NCBI GenBank assembly: GCA_964016885.1 | Contig: OZ024754.1 | Coordinates: 35,402,001 to 35,466,000, forward strand | Length of the DNA stretch: 64,000 nucleotides | Direction: 5' to 3' | DNA from: Eledone cirrhosa | Taxonomy: Eukaryota | In this document: in pieces, positions 13,439-28,004 of the stretch | Layout of the letters: every line of letters begins with the position of its first letter | How positions within the stretch are numbered: the first letter of the stretch is position 1 | Program-made: the position numbers and the translations under genes | Notes under the pieces: model-generated | What the model saw: the letters and a program-made list of their open reading frames with translations, nothing else | Databases searched by the model: none | Told to the model about the DNA's origin: nothing

Positions 13439-13848
13439 TACATATATAATATATATATATATAATATATATATATATAGTATATATATATATATATGTCT
13501 TCCATTTCAACCGTTATTTTACAGGCAATCAAGTTTAATCGAATTATTAGCCATGATAACATAACACGTTAGTCCTTTATGTTTAGTTTGGAGCAATAAC
13601 GTTTCTAGTTTCAATAATCTCCCCAGGTTTAACCACGTTCTAGGGGTCAGCCACGTCTCGTCCCTTGAAGGAAGTTATAACAGTGACGTCATTATTGCCA
13701 CGTTTTTCAAGTAACAGCGGATTATAGGAACGGTCATGGAAATGATAACATAATCGTGGCCGGATTAAACGTTATTTCACTGTTAAATCGTATTAATGTA
13801 TATGATTCTATGTAAGTCTGCCTCTTGAGCTTGTTATGTCAAATTATC

Positions 13849-13931
13849 ATGTATGTATGTATATATACAGATATATATATATATATATGTATATATATGT
13901 ATGTATATATATGTATATATGTATATATATG

Positions 13932-13967
<36 letters not shown>

Positions 13968-14017
13968 TATGTATGTATATATATGTATATATGTATATAT
14001 GTATATATGTATATATG

Positions 14018-14048
<31 letters not shown>

Positions 14049-14109
14049 ATATATATGTATATATATATGTATGTATATATATATGTATGTATGTATATAT
14101 ATATGTATG

Positions 14110-14156
<47 letters not shown>

Positions 14157-14211
14157 GTGTATATATATATATATGTATGTATATATATATGTATGTATAT
14201 ATATATGTATG

Positions 14212-14260
<49 letters not shown>

Positions 14261-14274
14261 GTATGTATATATAC

Positions 14275-14305
<31 letters not shown>

Positions 14306-14605
14306 CATATATATATATATCCATATATATATATATACATATATATATACATAGATATATATATACATAGATATATATATACATACATATATATATACAT
14401 ATATATATACATACATATATATATACATACATATATATATACATACATATATATATACATACATATATATATACATATATATACACAGATATATATATAC
14501 ATATATATACACAGATATATATATACATATATATACATAGATATATATACATACATATATATATACATACATATATATATATTCATACATATATATATAC
14601 ATACA

Positions 14606-14643
<38 letters not shown>

Positions 14644-15070
14644 CATAGATATATATATATACATAAATATATATATACATAGATATATATATACATAAAT
14701 ATATATATACATAGATATATATATATACATACATATATACATACATATATATATACATACACATATACATACATATATATATACATACACATATATATAC
14801 ATACACATATATATACATACACACACACATATATATACACACACATATATACATACACACACACACATATATATACATACACATATATATACATACACAT
14901 ATATATATACATAAACACACACATATATATACATACACATATATATACATACACATATATATACATACACATATATATACATACACATATATATACATAC
15001 ACACACACACACACACATATATACATACACATATATATACATACACACACACACATATATATATATATAT
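13849..15070. repeat. (TA)/(TATG) array switching to (CATA)/(CA)
   Basis: Direct reading; polarity switch near 14270. Confidence 0.95.
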
Positions 15071-15434
15071 GAAAAAGTTTGTCCTCATCAGTGGCCATCC
15101 AACCGTCGTAGGCATTTCGTCGCATTAAAGGCCATAAACCTCAGGTTGGTGCGAGCAACGGCTAAAAAAAAGTCGTTGGGACACGTAAATAAAGGGGACA
15201 CTAGGGTAAACAAACAAAATGTTTTAAGCAGCAGAAAGTGATGAAGAAGGAAACAAGTCCCAGATTTCTATGAATATAAATTCGGTGGAATCGTGAACGA
15301 GAGAATAAAGACCATCAAACCTGGTTGAAATGTGAGCGAAGAAGGAATTTCGCACAGGTCTAACGGGAGGAAGAAGTGGTCTGGTCTGCAAATTCGGTAA
15401 ACATAAGTTCTATATATATATATATATATATATA

Positions 15435-15498
15435 TGAGTTCGGATCTAGCTGTCGAAACGGCTGGAGCTCAACCACCGGGGCCTTGACGCTTTTCCTA
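15435..15498 (+). mobile_element. Family C solo short arm
   Basis: tgagttcggatctagctgtcGAAACggctggagctc...cttttccta within (TA)n. Confidence 0.65.
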
Positions 15499-15879
15499 TA
15501 TATATATATATATATATATGGATGGACCTCCGTCGGTTTCGACTCTAAGACCATCTACTGTCGAGCTTTCCTGATGGTTTCTTACTACTAGAAAAGGTTA
15601 TATATCTTTTCGTTGATATGTAGTTAATTAATGATTCCACCTCAGTGCTGAGCAGGTGTTAATTTTATCGCCCCTTCGCCACCCTAGAGAATGAAAAGAC
15701 TATGTCGACCTCGGCAGGATTTGAACATGAAACATATGCAAGGAATTTCCTCCACCCCCGCTACTAGTTCTACCAATCGATAACGAAGTGCAATGCATAT
15801 TCATCTTTAAATAGTTGTACTATTTGTAGATTGTAGAACTTAGAGCACAGATTTCTGGGGCATTTGACGTACACCATCT

Positions 15880-15933
<54 letters not shown>

Positions 15934-15934
15934 G

Positions 15935-16033
15935 AGCGAGAACGGTCTCCCGATCAATCCCGCATCAAATGGAACAAACCCATGTCTAGCCTGTGTTAGC
16001 GTGGAAGATGGACGTTAAACGATGATGATGATG
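15935..16033 (+). mobile_element. Retroposon 3' end with (GAT)n tail, RTE-like
   Basis: gttagcgtggaagatggacgttaaacgatgatgatgatg; recognised from memory. Confidence 0.4.
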
Positions 16034-16044
16034 CGTGTATTTAT

Positions 16045-16152
<108 letters not shown>

Positions 16153-16390
16153 CAGATCAGAGCAAACAGCACGGACACTCTATCTCAAAATTATTTTTGA
16201 AAAGCATTTAGAAATGCGCAACCGGTAAAAACTTAAAAACTTAAAGCCACAACTGAATACTAACCCATACAATCACTAATACTCTTTTATTCCTAATTAA
16301 ACCATTTTTCAACTGTGAATAATTTGTCAGCATTTTCTATTCCGTTTACCAATATATAATAACTTGTGTGTTACACTTCTATTCTTTTAA

Positions 16391-16395
16391 CATAC

Positions 16396-16430
<35 letters not shown>

Positions 16431-16911
16431 CATACATACGTACATATATATACATACATATATATATATACATACATATATATATATACATACATATATA
16501 TATATACATACATACATATATATATATACATACATACATATATACATACATACATATATATATATACATACATATATATATATACATACATACATATATA
16601 TATATACATACATACATATATACATACATACATATATATATATACATACATACATACATATATATACATACATACATACATACATATATATATATACATA
16701 CATACATACATATATATATATACATACATACATACATATATATATATACATACATACATATATATATATACATACATACATACATATATATACATACATA
16801 CATACATACATATATATATATACATACATACATACATATATATATATACATACATACATATATATACATACATACATATATATACATACATACATATATA
16901 TATATACATAC

Positions 16912-16944
<33 letters not shown>

Positions 16945-16949
16945 CATAC

Positions 16950-16984
<35 letters not shown>

Positions 16985-16989
16985 CATAC

Positions 16990-17082
<93 letters not shown>

Positions 17083-17089
17083 TATATAC

Positions 17090-17136
<47 letters not shown>

Positions 17137-17553
17137 CATATATATACATATACATATATATATATATACATATATATACATATACATATATATACATATA
17201 CATATATATACATATACATATATATACATATATATATATATACATATATATACATATTCATATATATACATATACATATATATACATATACATATACATA
17301 CACATATATATACACATATATATACACATATATATACACATATATATACATATACATATATATACATATATATACATATATATACACATATATATACATA
17401 CATATATATATATATATATACATATACATATGTACATATATATATATATATACATATATATACACATATATATACATACATATATATATATATATATACA
17501 TATACATATGTACATATATATATATATATACATACATATATATATATACATAC

Positions 17554-17586
<33 letters not shown>

Positions 17587-17821
17587 CATACATATATATA
17601 TACATACATATATATACATATATATACATACATATATATACATATATACATACATATATACATACATATATACATACATATATATATATACATATACATA
17701 TATATATATACATATATATATATACATATATATATATACATATATATATATACATATATATATATACACATATATATATACATATATATATATATACATA
17801 TATATATATACACACATATAC

Positions 17822-17896
<75 letters not shown>
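16391..17896. repeat. (TA)/(CATA) microsatellite array
   Basis: Direct reading. Confidence 0.95.
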
Positions 17897-17899
<3 letters not shown>

Positions 17900-18202
17900 T
17901 CTATGTTGAGGATTAGAAAAGACGCGTTAATTGTTGAGGGTGGATTATGTTCAGCTGCTTCTGGCTATTGGAAACGTTAATCTACTTTAATCGGTTGCCT
18001 CATTCTAATAATAATAATAATAATAATAGTAATGTTATTATTATTATTTTCCTATTGGAACAGACAACTTAATATGGCCGGCTGGATGGCTTCGTTTTTT
18101 GTTTTCTCTTTGCCTAATGTAGCAGTTATGGCAGTTTTGAGCCGGATTAACGAATACAATTGGGATAACATTTGTTGTTGTACTCATTCTCTAATGTAGC
18201 CT

Positions 18203-18336
18203 ACATGTATGGTATACACACACACATGCACACACACACATACATATATATATATACATGTATGGTATGCACACACACATGCATACACACACACACATAT
18301 ATATATATATACATGTATGGTTTGCACACACAAATG

Positions 18337-18379
<43 letters not shown>

Positions 18380-18540
18380 ATCAGGAAAGAAGGTTTACAT
18401 GGTTTGCTATACAAAAAAGTTTTTAATCACATAGCTTACATTTGTTTCACTGAACTGGTATGTCTAGAGATTAATCCGTATATATATATATATATATATA
18501 TGTATAGTGCACATGCACATATATATATGTATGGTACACA

Positions 18541-18594
<54 letters not shown>

Positions 18595-18703
18595 CATGTA
18601 TGGTATACACACACACACACATATATATATACATATATACCAGTGAGGTACACTCACATACATATATATATACACATACATGCATGGTACACACACATAC
18701 GTA

Positions 18704-18737
<34 letters not shown>

Positions 18738-18910
18738 CATATATATATACATATATGGTACACACACATACATATACACATACATACATATATGGTACAC
18801 ACACACACACATATATATATATACATACATACATATATGGTACACACACACACACACATATATATATATACATACATGTATGGTACATACAGAGACATAT
18901 ATATACATAT
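18203..18910. repeat. Compound microsatellite with recurring atggtacacac motif
   Basis: Direct reading; similar degenerate units at 20000-20420. Confidence 0.8.
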
Positions 18911-18911
18911 A

Positions 18912-19031
18912 TATATGAATGTATATACAGTGTATTTGGTAATACACTGTATGCTTAATTAAAAACATTTAGTAGACCTTACGCTATTGTTTTAAAGTTG
19001 CGACTATTTCACTTACTTCTTTTCAACAAAC
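18912..19031 (-). mobile_element. Family I 3' part, inverted
   Basis: Reverse complement of 19840-19950, diverged. Confidence 0.65.
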
Positions 19032-19784
19032 ATTCATCTATATATTCATATATCCAAAATTAAATTAAGGGTGTCATGTCGGAGAGACATGCGCCATACC
19101 CACCGTAGAATATGCTCCAAGATTCCAATGAATAGATCCGAGCATTTTATATCAACTAGAAATTGTTTGACATATATATATATATATAAAATAAACATAT
19201 GAAACAATCGCAGTGGATAATTTGTAAAATGTGTAAGCACACATAGCTAGGTAGGTAACTAATTAAAGTTTAACTAGAACTTCAAAAATAGATACCTTTC
19301 ATTAAAGAAATATATTTCACCATTAATCGATCGGTAAACCACAGTAGCCAAAATACGGATTTTCAACAAGGGAGAAGATCTAACTATCTGTGTTTACACA
19401 GCAAATTCAAATCTGCGCACGACTATTAGCACGTGTTGCATTTTTTAAAAATACACACACCGTACCAGCTTCATTCCAGTGGCGTGAATAGGGTTATCGA
19501 CAACTAGAAATAGCAGCCGAGTCCTTTCAACTGAGTTAGCTCTACAATTAAAGGGCCGTGTATATATATCTAAAATTAAATTAAGGGTGTCATGTCGGAG
19601 AGACATGCGCCATATCCACTGTAGAGTATGCTCCAAATTCATATATACATCGCTATTTCAGAGCACCAATTCTAATTTTCAATTTTTGCTGGACCGGCAA
19701 CCGCTCTGTATAATCAGTTCCTGATTATTACTGGAATTCTATAAGAATCCACCATTCATAATTTTCAACCGACAAGGGGAGTGC

Positions 19785-19832
19785 TAAGCTCTGAGGAATA
19801 CCAACAGTATGAAACAGAGATCTGTCAGTTTA
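19785..19832 (+). ncRNA. Canonical type I hammerhead ribozyme (family I element, about 19679-19954)
   Basis: taagct-CTGAGGA-atac caaca gtat-GAA-ACAG agat CTGT-C-agttta; all three stems pair; GUC site; stem I extends via gggag/ctccc. Confidence 0.8.
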
Positions 19833-20473
19833 TCTCCCTTTGTTTGTTGAAAAGTAAGTGACATAGTCACTACTTTAAAACAATAGCGTAAGGTCTTCAA
19901 AATGCTTTGAATTAAGCATACAGTGTACTACACTATATATACATTCATATATACATTCATATATACATCGCTATTTCAGAGCACCAATTTTAATTTACAT
20001 ATATATATGTATGTATGTGTACCATACATATATATGGTACACACACATATAGATAGATACACGTATGGCACACACTTATGTATTTGTATGGTAGGCATGC
20101 GCACACACATACACACACGTATATGGATGACACACACACATATTTCTATGGCAAGTGGGCACACACACATACACATATATATATATATATATATCAGGCA
20201 GGCATACACCCACCCACATACACACGTATGGAAGTCATGCATACACAAACATATATACATATATGTAAGACAAGCATGTGCACGCACACACATACACACA
20301 CATACATATATGTATGGTGGGCATGTGTACACATACACAGACACATTATGTATGACAGGCATATACACACATACATACATGTATGGCGAGCATGTGCACA
20401 CACACACACACACACACACGCGCTGTCTGGCATATTTTGATGTGTTTGGAGAACATATTTTATGTGTGTTGGA

Positions 20474-20788
20474 CCTCCGTCGGTTCCGACGAAGAGTGTT
20501 CCAGTTGTTTCATCAACGGAACACCTTGCTTGAGAAATTAACGTGCAAGTGATCCGGCATTTCACAAATACGTGCATCCCTAACGTAGTTCTCAGGGAGA
20601 TTCAGTGCAACACAGCATATGACACGACAGGCTGTTTGAATTACAGCTGGACTTTGTTAAGTGAGTGAACTGGAGTCAGGTAAAATATGTTTTGTTCAAG
20701 GATACAGCATGTCACTTCGTTAGTTAATCACGCTCACCTCTTTACAATCCTGAACCGAATACTCTAACCATTAAGCCACGCACCTCCC
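20474..20788 (-). mobile_element. Near full-length S2 SINE
   Basis: ctccgtcggttccgacga...aacggaaca...gaaattaacgtgcaag...ctaaccattaagccacgc; homologous to 42496-42731. Confidence 0.75.
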
Positions 20789-21143
20789 AAGATATTTATA
20801 TGACTTTATCCTCACCCTATTCCTCTGTAGCTCACGTCACCTTCTACTAATACTACTACTCCTACTACTACTACTAATACGCTATACAAGATACCAGAGC
20901 CTCTGGGAAAATGACTTGCGACAGATTAACACTAGTGGACGGACTTAGGAATTATTTTCTTAGCGTTAAAGAAATGGGAATTAAACACACTGACTCTATT
21001 ATACGTCGCTCTTCTGCAATAGCAATAAACAAAAAAGATGGTCTAAAATATGGCACATGCGAATCAAGTCTTCTATAACACGATAATGTTGATATGCACG
21101 TGGGTTGTGGAGCTACTTGCTCATTCAAAAATAAATATAGGGA

Positions 21144-21802
21144 CTAGCAGAAAATTCACCCTTCGGGTGGTTTTCTGCTAGCATGTGTAGTGTGTATATT
21201 GATATTATACGCAGGTATATATACATGTAGATATGATACATCAAATAAAATCGTAATTGACAATATAAACAGAAATTGAACGAAGACTACGTTACACTGT
21301 CTTATGTAATCAGTAACGTAATTCATAATACATTAAAAAAGCCGATATTATATATAAACTGCATTAGGAGAAAATTAGTGACAGAAAATTAGTATGTTTA
21401 TTTAAGCGATCGCCACCGGAAGTGTTGACATCAACTACCATATATATATATATAAGAGAGAGAGAGTGTGTGAAGTGATGGTGGTGGCGACGATATACCG
21501 GAAGTGCAACTTTGAAAAGAAGTCAATTTTAAATTATTAATTTTTACGAAATTATTTTTGTTTACGAAATTTAGTAGATAAATTATGTAATATTCATTCA
21601 TTATTTATTCAAAGTAAATAATGAATGAATATTCATTATTTATTCAAAGTACCAGTAATGCACTGGATAATTGCTGGCCTTGTGCCTAAAGTAGAAACAA
21701 TTATTTATTCAAAGTAATCCAACTTATTTTACTAACGGGATAAAAAAAAAAAAAAAAAAAAACGCACGCAGTCCCGCAGACCTTCCTTTATTATAGTTTA
21801 GA
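21144..21802 (-). mobile_element. Probable non-autonomous Helitron containing a nested SINE fragment
   Basis: Minus strand starts A|TCTAAACTATAATAAAGG and ends with hairpin cacccgaagggtg, about 10 nt, CTAG|T. Confidence 0.6.
21647..21700 (+). mobile_element. 5'-truncated S1 SINE
   Basis: aaagtaccag...gtagaaaca flanked by repeated attatttattcaaagta. Confidence 0.75.
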
Positions 21803-22022
21803 TATGAACTTCAGATTACATCGAGATTACACTATATTTGATGTAGAATGATGGGGAATTACATTAGCTAAGGAATTGCGCTGGAAAAATGGCTTTCTAT
21901 TTACTCATAACCTATCAAACATAGACCTGCTTCAGTCAAGGAAAAAAGGGGCCGGGCTACAGATATTGAGAACTCTCTACTAAAAATAGATAACAACCTT
22001 TCAGAAAATAATAAAGAAATAA

Positions 22023-22203
22023 TAATTGTTTCAACTTTTGGCACAAGGCCAGCAAATACCCAGTGCATTACTGGTACTTTATTTTATCGACCCCTGTAAG
22101 GATGAAAGGCAAAGTTAACCTCAGCGGGATTTGAACTCAGAATGGCAAGGGCCGTAACTCTATGCGTCAAAGTATGGCGTCCGATCCTCTACCGATACTA
22201 CCA
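22023..22203 (-). mobile_element. S1 SINE, short subfamily
   Basis: Close match to the other S1 copies. Confidence 0.85.
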
Positions 22204-22378
22204 TGGATACCGGGCCATACAGATATTAGAGGAAATAGGAAAGCAGACGAATTAGCCAAAGAGGGAGCACAAAGGGAAGTAATAAATATAGACTACATCC
22301 CAAATCTTTCGCAGGTAAAATTATTTAGCAAACATAATTAGTGAAAGGTGGACACATTTTGAGAAGAATCCAAAGACA

Positions 22379-22591
22379 CCACAGCTCTTTAAACACGTAG
22401 CTTGGTAGCAACACTACATTCACTAGATTGCTGTATACCACAGGTCTTTAATCATGTAGCTTGGTAGCAATACTACATTCACTAGACAACTATATACCAC
22501 AGCTCTTTAAACATGTAGCTTGGTAGCAATACTACATTCACTACATTACTATATACCACAACTCGTCAGACATGTAGCTCTGTGGCAATAC
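22379..22591. repeat. 59-bp tandem repeat, about 3.5 copies
   Basis: ccacagctctttaaacatgtagcttggtagcaatactacattcact... repeated. Confidence 0.85.
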
Positions 22592-23016
22592 AAGAAATCA
22601 TTACTTTACTAACGTAACTATTTCCTATTTACTGTATACAATGCGACGACCATGTTAGTTTGGTTTGTATATTTTTTCTTTTTATACTTGAAGAGGAGAT
22701 TATCGATCGTCATACTAGCTTCGATGCACTTCCGGTGACCAAAATCTATAACCGCCGTTGCTGATGATGCTGGGATTCACTAGTGCATTGATTCTCTAGC
22801 AATCATATGTATGGTTAGTTCATCAGGTGATGTCCGCCTGTGTGAAATCAATACAAGTTGTTTCGTTCTGCACCAGGTCAGTGCGACTATCCCTGAATAA
22901 TAGATCTCGCTATAGTTATTACTGCACCATTACTACCACCATTACTACCACCATTACTACAACCATTACTACAACCATTACTACCATCACCAGCTACTGC
23001 CAATTATCACCGTAGT

Positions 23017-23188
23017 TACCGTATTTCCCGGTGTCGAAGACGCTACTTTTTTCCTAAAATAAGTCTCAAATATCTACCATGCGTCCTGGAGGCCGAAGGT
23101 TGCTTATTATTTTTTTTTCAAATTTTTGGTTGTCAAAATTAGGGTGCGTCCTCGAAACGAAGCGTCTTCGGCGCCGGGAAATACAGTA
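23017..23188. mobile_element. Tc1/mariner-superfamily (Tc2-like) MITE
   Basis: TA-ccgtatttcccgg ... ccgggaaatacag-TA; second copy at 29449-29606. Confidence 0.75.
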
Positions 23189-23559
23189 CTCTGGGAGGAG
23201 GTACTACTAATACACCATTCAATTGTAAAAGCATCCCAATTCTCGCCAGCAACGTTGTTACTTTCAACAAGATATTGTATTTCATGTTGCTCCAATCCAT
23301 TAAACTGACATAAATTGAGTTGTACTTATAATTCAAAGGGCCAGTCTTCTCAGACACTGTTTTATGCTATCTCTCCTCGATAAATACGTTACAAGTACAC
23401 GTGTCTGTTAAATAGTCACTTTCACAATAATTTCACGAACGGACTATTTTGTTCTTAGAACAACTGGAACACTCGTCGTCGAAACCGACAGAGGTCCAGC
23501 ACGGTAATCATCATAACCTTCAATACCATCATGTTTTCCTATATCGCCAGGTATACCCC

Positions 23560-23870
23560 TGTGGCAGAGTCGTTACAACGTCGGATAGAATGCTTTGCGG
23601 TGTTCGTTTTGGATCTCTGCTCTCTGAGTTCAAATTCCGCCGAGGTCAACTTTGCCTTTCATCCATTTAAGGTAGATGTAATAGGACCAGTGAAGTACTG
23701 GAGTCGACCCTTCCTCTATATCTCTTTTTCACTTCCTTTCTCTTACTCTCTCTCTCCATTCTTCGCTTCAAGAAATCTACTGTATTCAGATCTGGTCAGT
23801 ATTGAGCTCTGTCAGGATTAAAAAATCACCTAGAAATGACATATGTCAATATGACACCCCTACGATTTTC
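23560..23870 (+). mobile_element. S3 SINE
   Basis: ggcagagtcgttacaacgtcggatagaatgct...gagttcaaattccgccgaggtc..., CT tract, aagaaatc...ttcagatctg tail. Confidence 0.7.
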
Positions 23871-24421
23871 TCACGAGTTACACGACCACATATGTATACC
23901 TCTGTGTTGGTGGGGTGTTTACAGCATTGTCATTTATGTGGAGAGGTAATGCAGACTTGTGTTTGTATACTACGGCAGTTTTGAATTATGATGGTTGGTT
24001 ATTTATTATTTCTGGTGTTATTTTCGGCAGCCATCTACTTGGCCTCCGTAGGAGAGAAGATAACAGTGGACTAATGATAAGAGGCAGGGCCTATGAGACA
24101 GGGGTCATGTCGCTAACAAGGGCCCACAGCAACCATGCAACATCCATTTTGAGAAAAATATTTGCCTGCTTTGGGCCCGAAAGGGGTCTTGTACCGCCTT
24201 GCAAAATTTCTTTTGGAGGTCCTGATAACAGATAGATAACTGTAGGACGCTAAAAAAGTATCAAAAGTTTACTACTAGGGTCAATTTTTCCTTTATATCT
24301 CTTTCTCACTTCCCTACTCTCACTCTTTATACTTCTCTGGAAGAAATCTGCTCTTTTCAGACCTGGTTTAAAAATGACTTATGCCGTATGCCAATGCGGT
24401 GCACCTACAACATTACGGTAC

Positions 24422-24740
24422 CATACATACATGATGGCTGCTCCCTCGTTATCGAGTATGGCCATTACACGATATACCATTATTAATAATTATCAATTAA
24501 TGCAATCGTGCAATGTCTGTGCGTGAAGATATTTTTTTAAGTGAGGAAGGACTGTGCACTGAGCCAATCCCACTCTCTGGGCGACAGTAGCTATAACCCG
24601 AAAAGAAGAAAAGATCAACATCATCTGTAACTACTGAGCCGCAGGTTTTATGTCGGAGTTATCCCAGTTTCCTGAGTTGCCTTCTCCTAGAAGAATGCCC
24701 TGACAAAGACTAGGGGTCCTTCACTCCCAGTGGTTTAACT
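24422..24740 (-). mobile_element. Non-autonomous RTE-like element H2
   Basis: Near-identical to 56230-56520; minus strand has ctaggagaagg motif and ends in (ATGT)n. Confidence 0.6.
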
Positions 24741-24813
24741 GCGTGGTACATGTGTATATACATATTTACACACTTTTGGATGGCCGTTGACTCTCATGAG
24801 TTCTTCCGCACAT

Positions 24814-25235
24814 ACATACATACATACATGGTGGCTGCCAACTCGTTTACGAGTACGGCCACTACTTCATATCCATGTAGGAGAACCCCTACCGATGCGC
24901 TGAACAAGTGTGACTTTTTAGTCCAGCCAGTGACTTGAAAACTCTGGTACAAACACTACACTTGTGACAATTATTGACACATAGTACTGGGCCCATGGTA
25001 CCATGTGACGACAAGTGCAGAGAGATCTCCAGATATAAAGCAATGCCTGTGCCGTGAAGCTTTTATAGTGAGCAAAGGCACTGCACAAAGCCAGTCCCAC
25101 TCTCTTAACCTAGATGATATTTACCAAAAAGAAGAACAAGTCAACATCATTGGATACCATCAGGGTTGCAGGTGTTATATCAGAGTTTTCCTTCTCCTAG
25201 AATTCTGCCTTGACAAAGGCTAAGGGGTCATCTAC
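24814..25235 (-). mobile_element. Non-autonomous RTE-like element H1
   Basis: Near-identical to 41385-41810; minus strand ctaggagaaggaaaactctg (RTE 5'UTR-like); (ATGT)n tail. Confidence 0.65.
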
Positions 25236-26075
25236 ATACATACATACATACACACACGCACACACATACATACAACCCTAGGACAGGGTATAGTTAAATA
25301 TTAAAATCCTCGTGCATAGGCTGATTGAAATGATTGAGAATATTTCAATTTTGCCTTAAAGTATATTTGCTTTCGGATCCAAGAATTATTTTCTATTTCT
25401 TCGGTGAAGTTGGAATGATTGGTTAAATAGCAAAAGAAGAAAAGATGGAAATAATCTGATTACATGTTTAGTGTTAGCCTTTCATTTGATGTGAATTGGC
25501 AGGGATATGTCAGAAATCATAGATACTATTGGACTAAATGTCTCGGAGTATTTAATATGAGATCTGGGATCGATCGATTAACTAACAGTAATGTGGTTTT
25601 GGTAATGGCAACGGTGCTGACGGCGGTGGTTCTGTTTTTATTCGATTATATTTAACAGTACTAAAATGGAAAACGTTTATAAAAATACAAGTTAGACTAT
25701 ACGAAATGCGATCATTCAATGTTTGGTATGGAAACATATCAATAAAAGAGTGGTTTGTTATAGAAGGTTATTATAATTTAAATCGGACATGAACTATCAA
25801 TCATGGTGTCTAATTTTGCCACAAGTTCAATAATTTGGGTGCAGGGAAAAGTCAAATAACTCGTCTCAGTACTTGACTGGTACTTTACTTTATCGACCTC
25901 GAAAGGATGAAAAGCTAGATCAACTTGGGCAGCAATTGAATTCAGAACGTAAAATGCCGTAACTAAATACAATACACAAGCACTTATATATGAGTTCAAT
26001 GCATCTATTGTATATTGATATAGGATGTAACTATAAATTATCTATTCACATTTGCATTCGGCATTGTATCGAATA

Positions 26076-26130
<55 letters not shown>

Positions 26131-26421
26131 TATATATATTAGTTAAGTCTGTAGCTACAGTTTCAGGCGGTGCCCCATTCGAAGCACCCGATGCTCTTAC
26201 TAGGTCCGTCTCGTGTTAGGTTGTATTCCAAAGCTAAGGCTACTGTAATATGCAGAGTGTCTTTGCACATATAAACTCGCATATCCGAGGAGATATCGAG
26301 CAAGAGTCAGGACCACGTCATTATGATTACACAAGGAGCTGATCGATATTAAAATGATTGTAATATGACAATAAAGTTTATATATATATGCTACAGAAGT
26401 GACTTCGATCCTACTTACTTT

Positions 26422-26465
<44 letters not shown>

Positions 26466-26608
26466 TAAAGAATGAAGAATAACGTGGTCAGCTGTACAAT
26501 AGAGTTTATTTAAAGTATTAACAATTGTTTCATTAGTTCGGTGTGTCTAAAAACCGACGATCGTTAAAAGTCAAAACACTCGAATACTGATAAACTACTT
26601 GGATTACC

Positions 26609-26821
26609 TTAACTCTTTAGCATTCACATTACTCTATATATACTATTATATTTTCATGGTAAAGGCTTTACCTCACATAATTATCTCACATAATATCGAA
26701 TCTATGAGATTTTGAAAACAATACCTTAACATCAGTTTGAGTGACCAGATACAGCCAGTTTCAACAGAAAGAGGTAGAGAATTCTGGCCGGTTTTGGCCA
26801 GTTTGAACACTAAAGGGTTAA
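26609..26821. mobile_element. piggyBac-like MITE
   Basis: TTAA-ctctttagcattca ... tgaacactaaaggg-TTAA; imperfect TIRs. Confidence 0.6.
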
Positions 26822-26848
26822 ACGATATCTTGTTATCTTATATATATA

Positions 26849-27232
26849 TAGGAAAAGAGTCAGGACTACGACGGCTGAACTCCGGCCGTTTCGACAGCTA
26901 GTTCTGTAACTGTCGAAACGACCGGAGCTCAGCCGTCGGGGCCCTGACTCTTTTCCTATTACCCACTCTACTACCCATAGTATTGAGTACTCTGGTGCGT
27001 TATGGTCCACCTTGTTCCTTACCACACTTCCTTCGTTAAATATATATATATAATATATATATATATATATACGGCTATTTCAACGGCTATTTCTGAGTCC
27101 AGAAATAGCCGTCGAAACGGCTTGAGCTCTGCCGTCGGGGTGATACTTTTTCCTATTTCCCACTCTACTACCCTAAGTATTGAGGACTCTGGTGCGTTAT
27201 GGTCCATCTGGTTCCTTACCACAATTCCTTCG

Positions 27233-27235
<3 letters not shown>
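26849..27235. mobile_element. Two adjacent family C elements (26849-27038 and 27071-27235)
   Basis: Both carry GAAAC...GTC and the tail ending cttcgtta; separated by (TA)n. Confidence 0.8.
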
Positions 27236-27274
<39 letters not shown>

Positions 27275-27949
27275 TCAACGATTATGAATGTATAAAAAAA
27301 TATTGTTCAAAACTTAAAATTTGCGAGGAATTATAAATTTTATGATAAAGTACATGTTCTTTATGAAAACTGACATCAACATATTTTTAAATCATTTGCA
27401 TTCTTTAATCATGTATTATCGATTATCGGAATCATCTTCAAAATCCCTCGTCGTTTCTTTATCAACGTTTCTAACTAAAACTTAAGTTCTATTGTACTCA
27501 TATTGTTAATCTTCAGTTAGAGATGTTGTAGAGATATGGACGTGTACATTCATGTTGCTACGTGTAGAAACACGCGTGTTATAGATTGCTACATGTATTG
27601 ATTCTGAAAGAAAGAGCTGTTTGGGCGGTACATGTTTCTGCATGTTTACACTAACATATGTAGATAAAAACATGGAGATAGTCTCGTAGCTCAATCATAT
27701 AGGAGTTTTATTGATTCCATTGACTCTCCTTTTGTACTTCTAAGCGGAATCTATTTCCAAACTTAGTCATCCTGAATTTAGCTACGAGAGAGAGAAAGAG
27801 AGAAAGAAAGAGGGAGAGAGAGATAGAGAGAGAGACGGAGATAGAGAGATATAGAGAGAGAGGGAGATAGATAGAGAGAGAGTTGTAATTGTAAAAAATA
27901 CGCCTTTCTCAATACATATATAAAATATGTATATATATATATATATGTA

Positions 27950-28004
<55 letters not shown>

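Noticed and set aside
24085-24225. Possible hAT MITE (cagggcct...aggtcctg)
   Set aside because: TIR very short, no 8-bp TSD and only one copy
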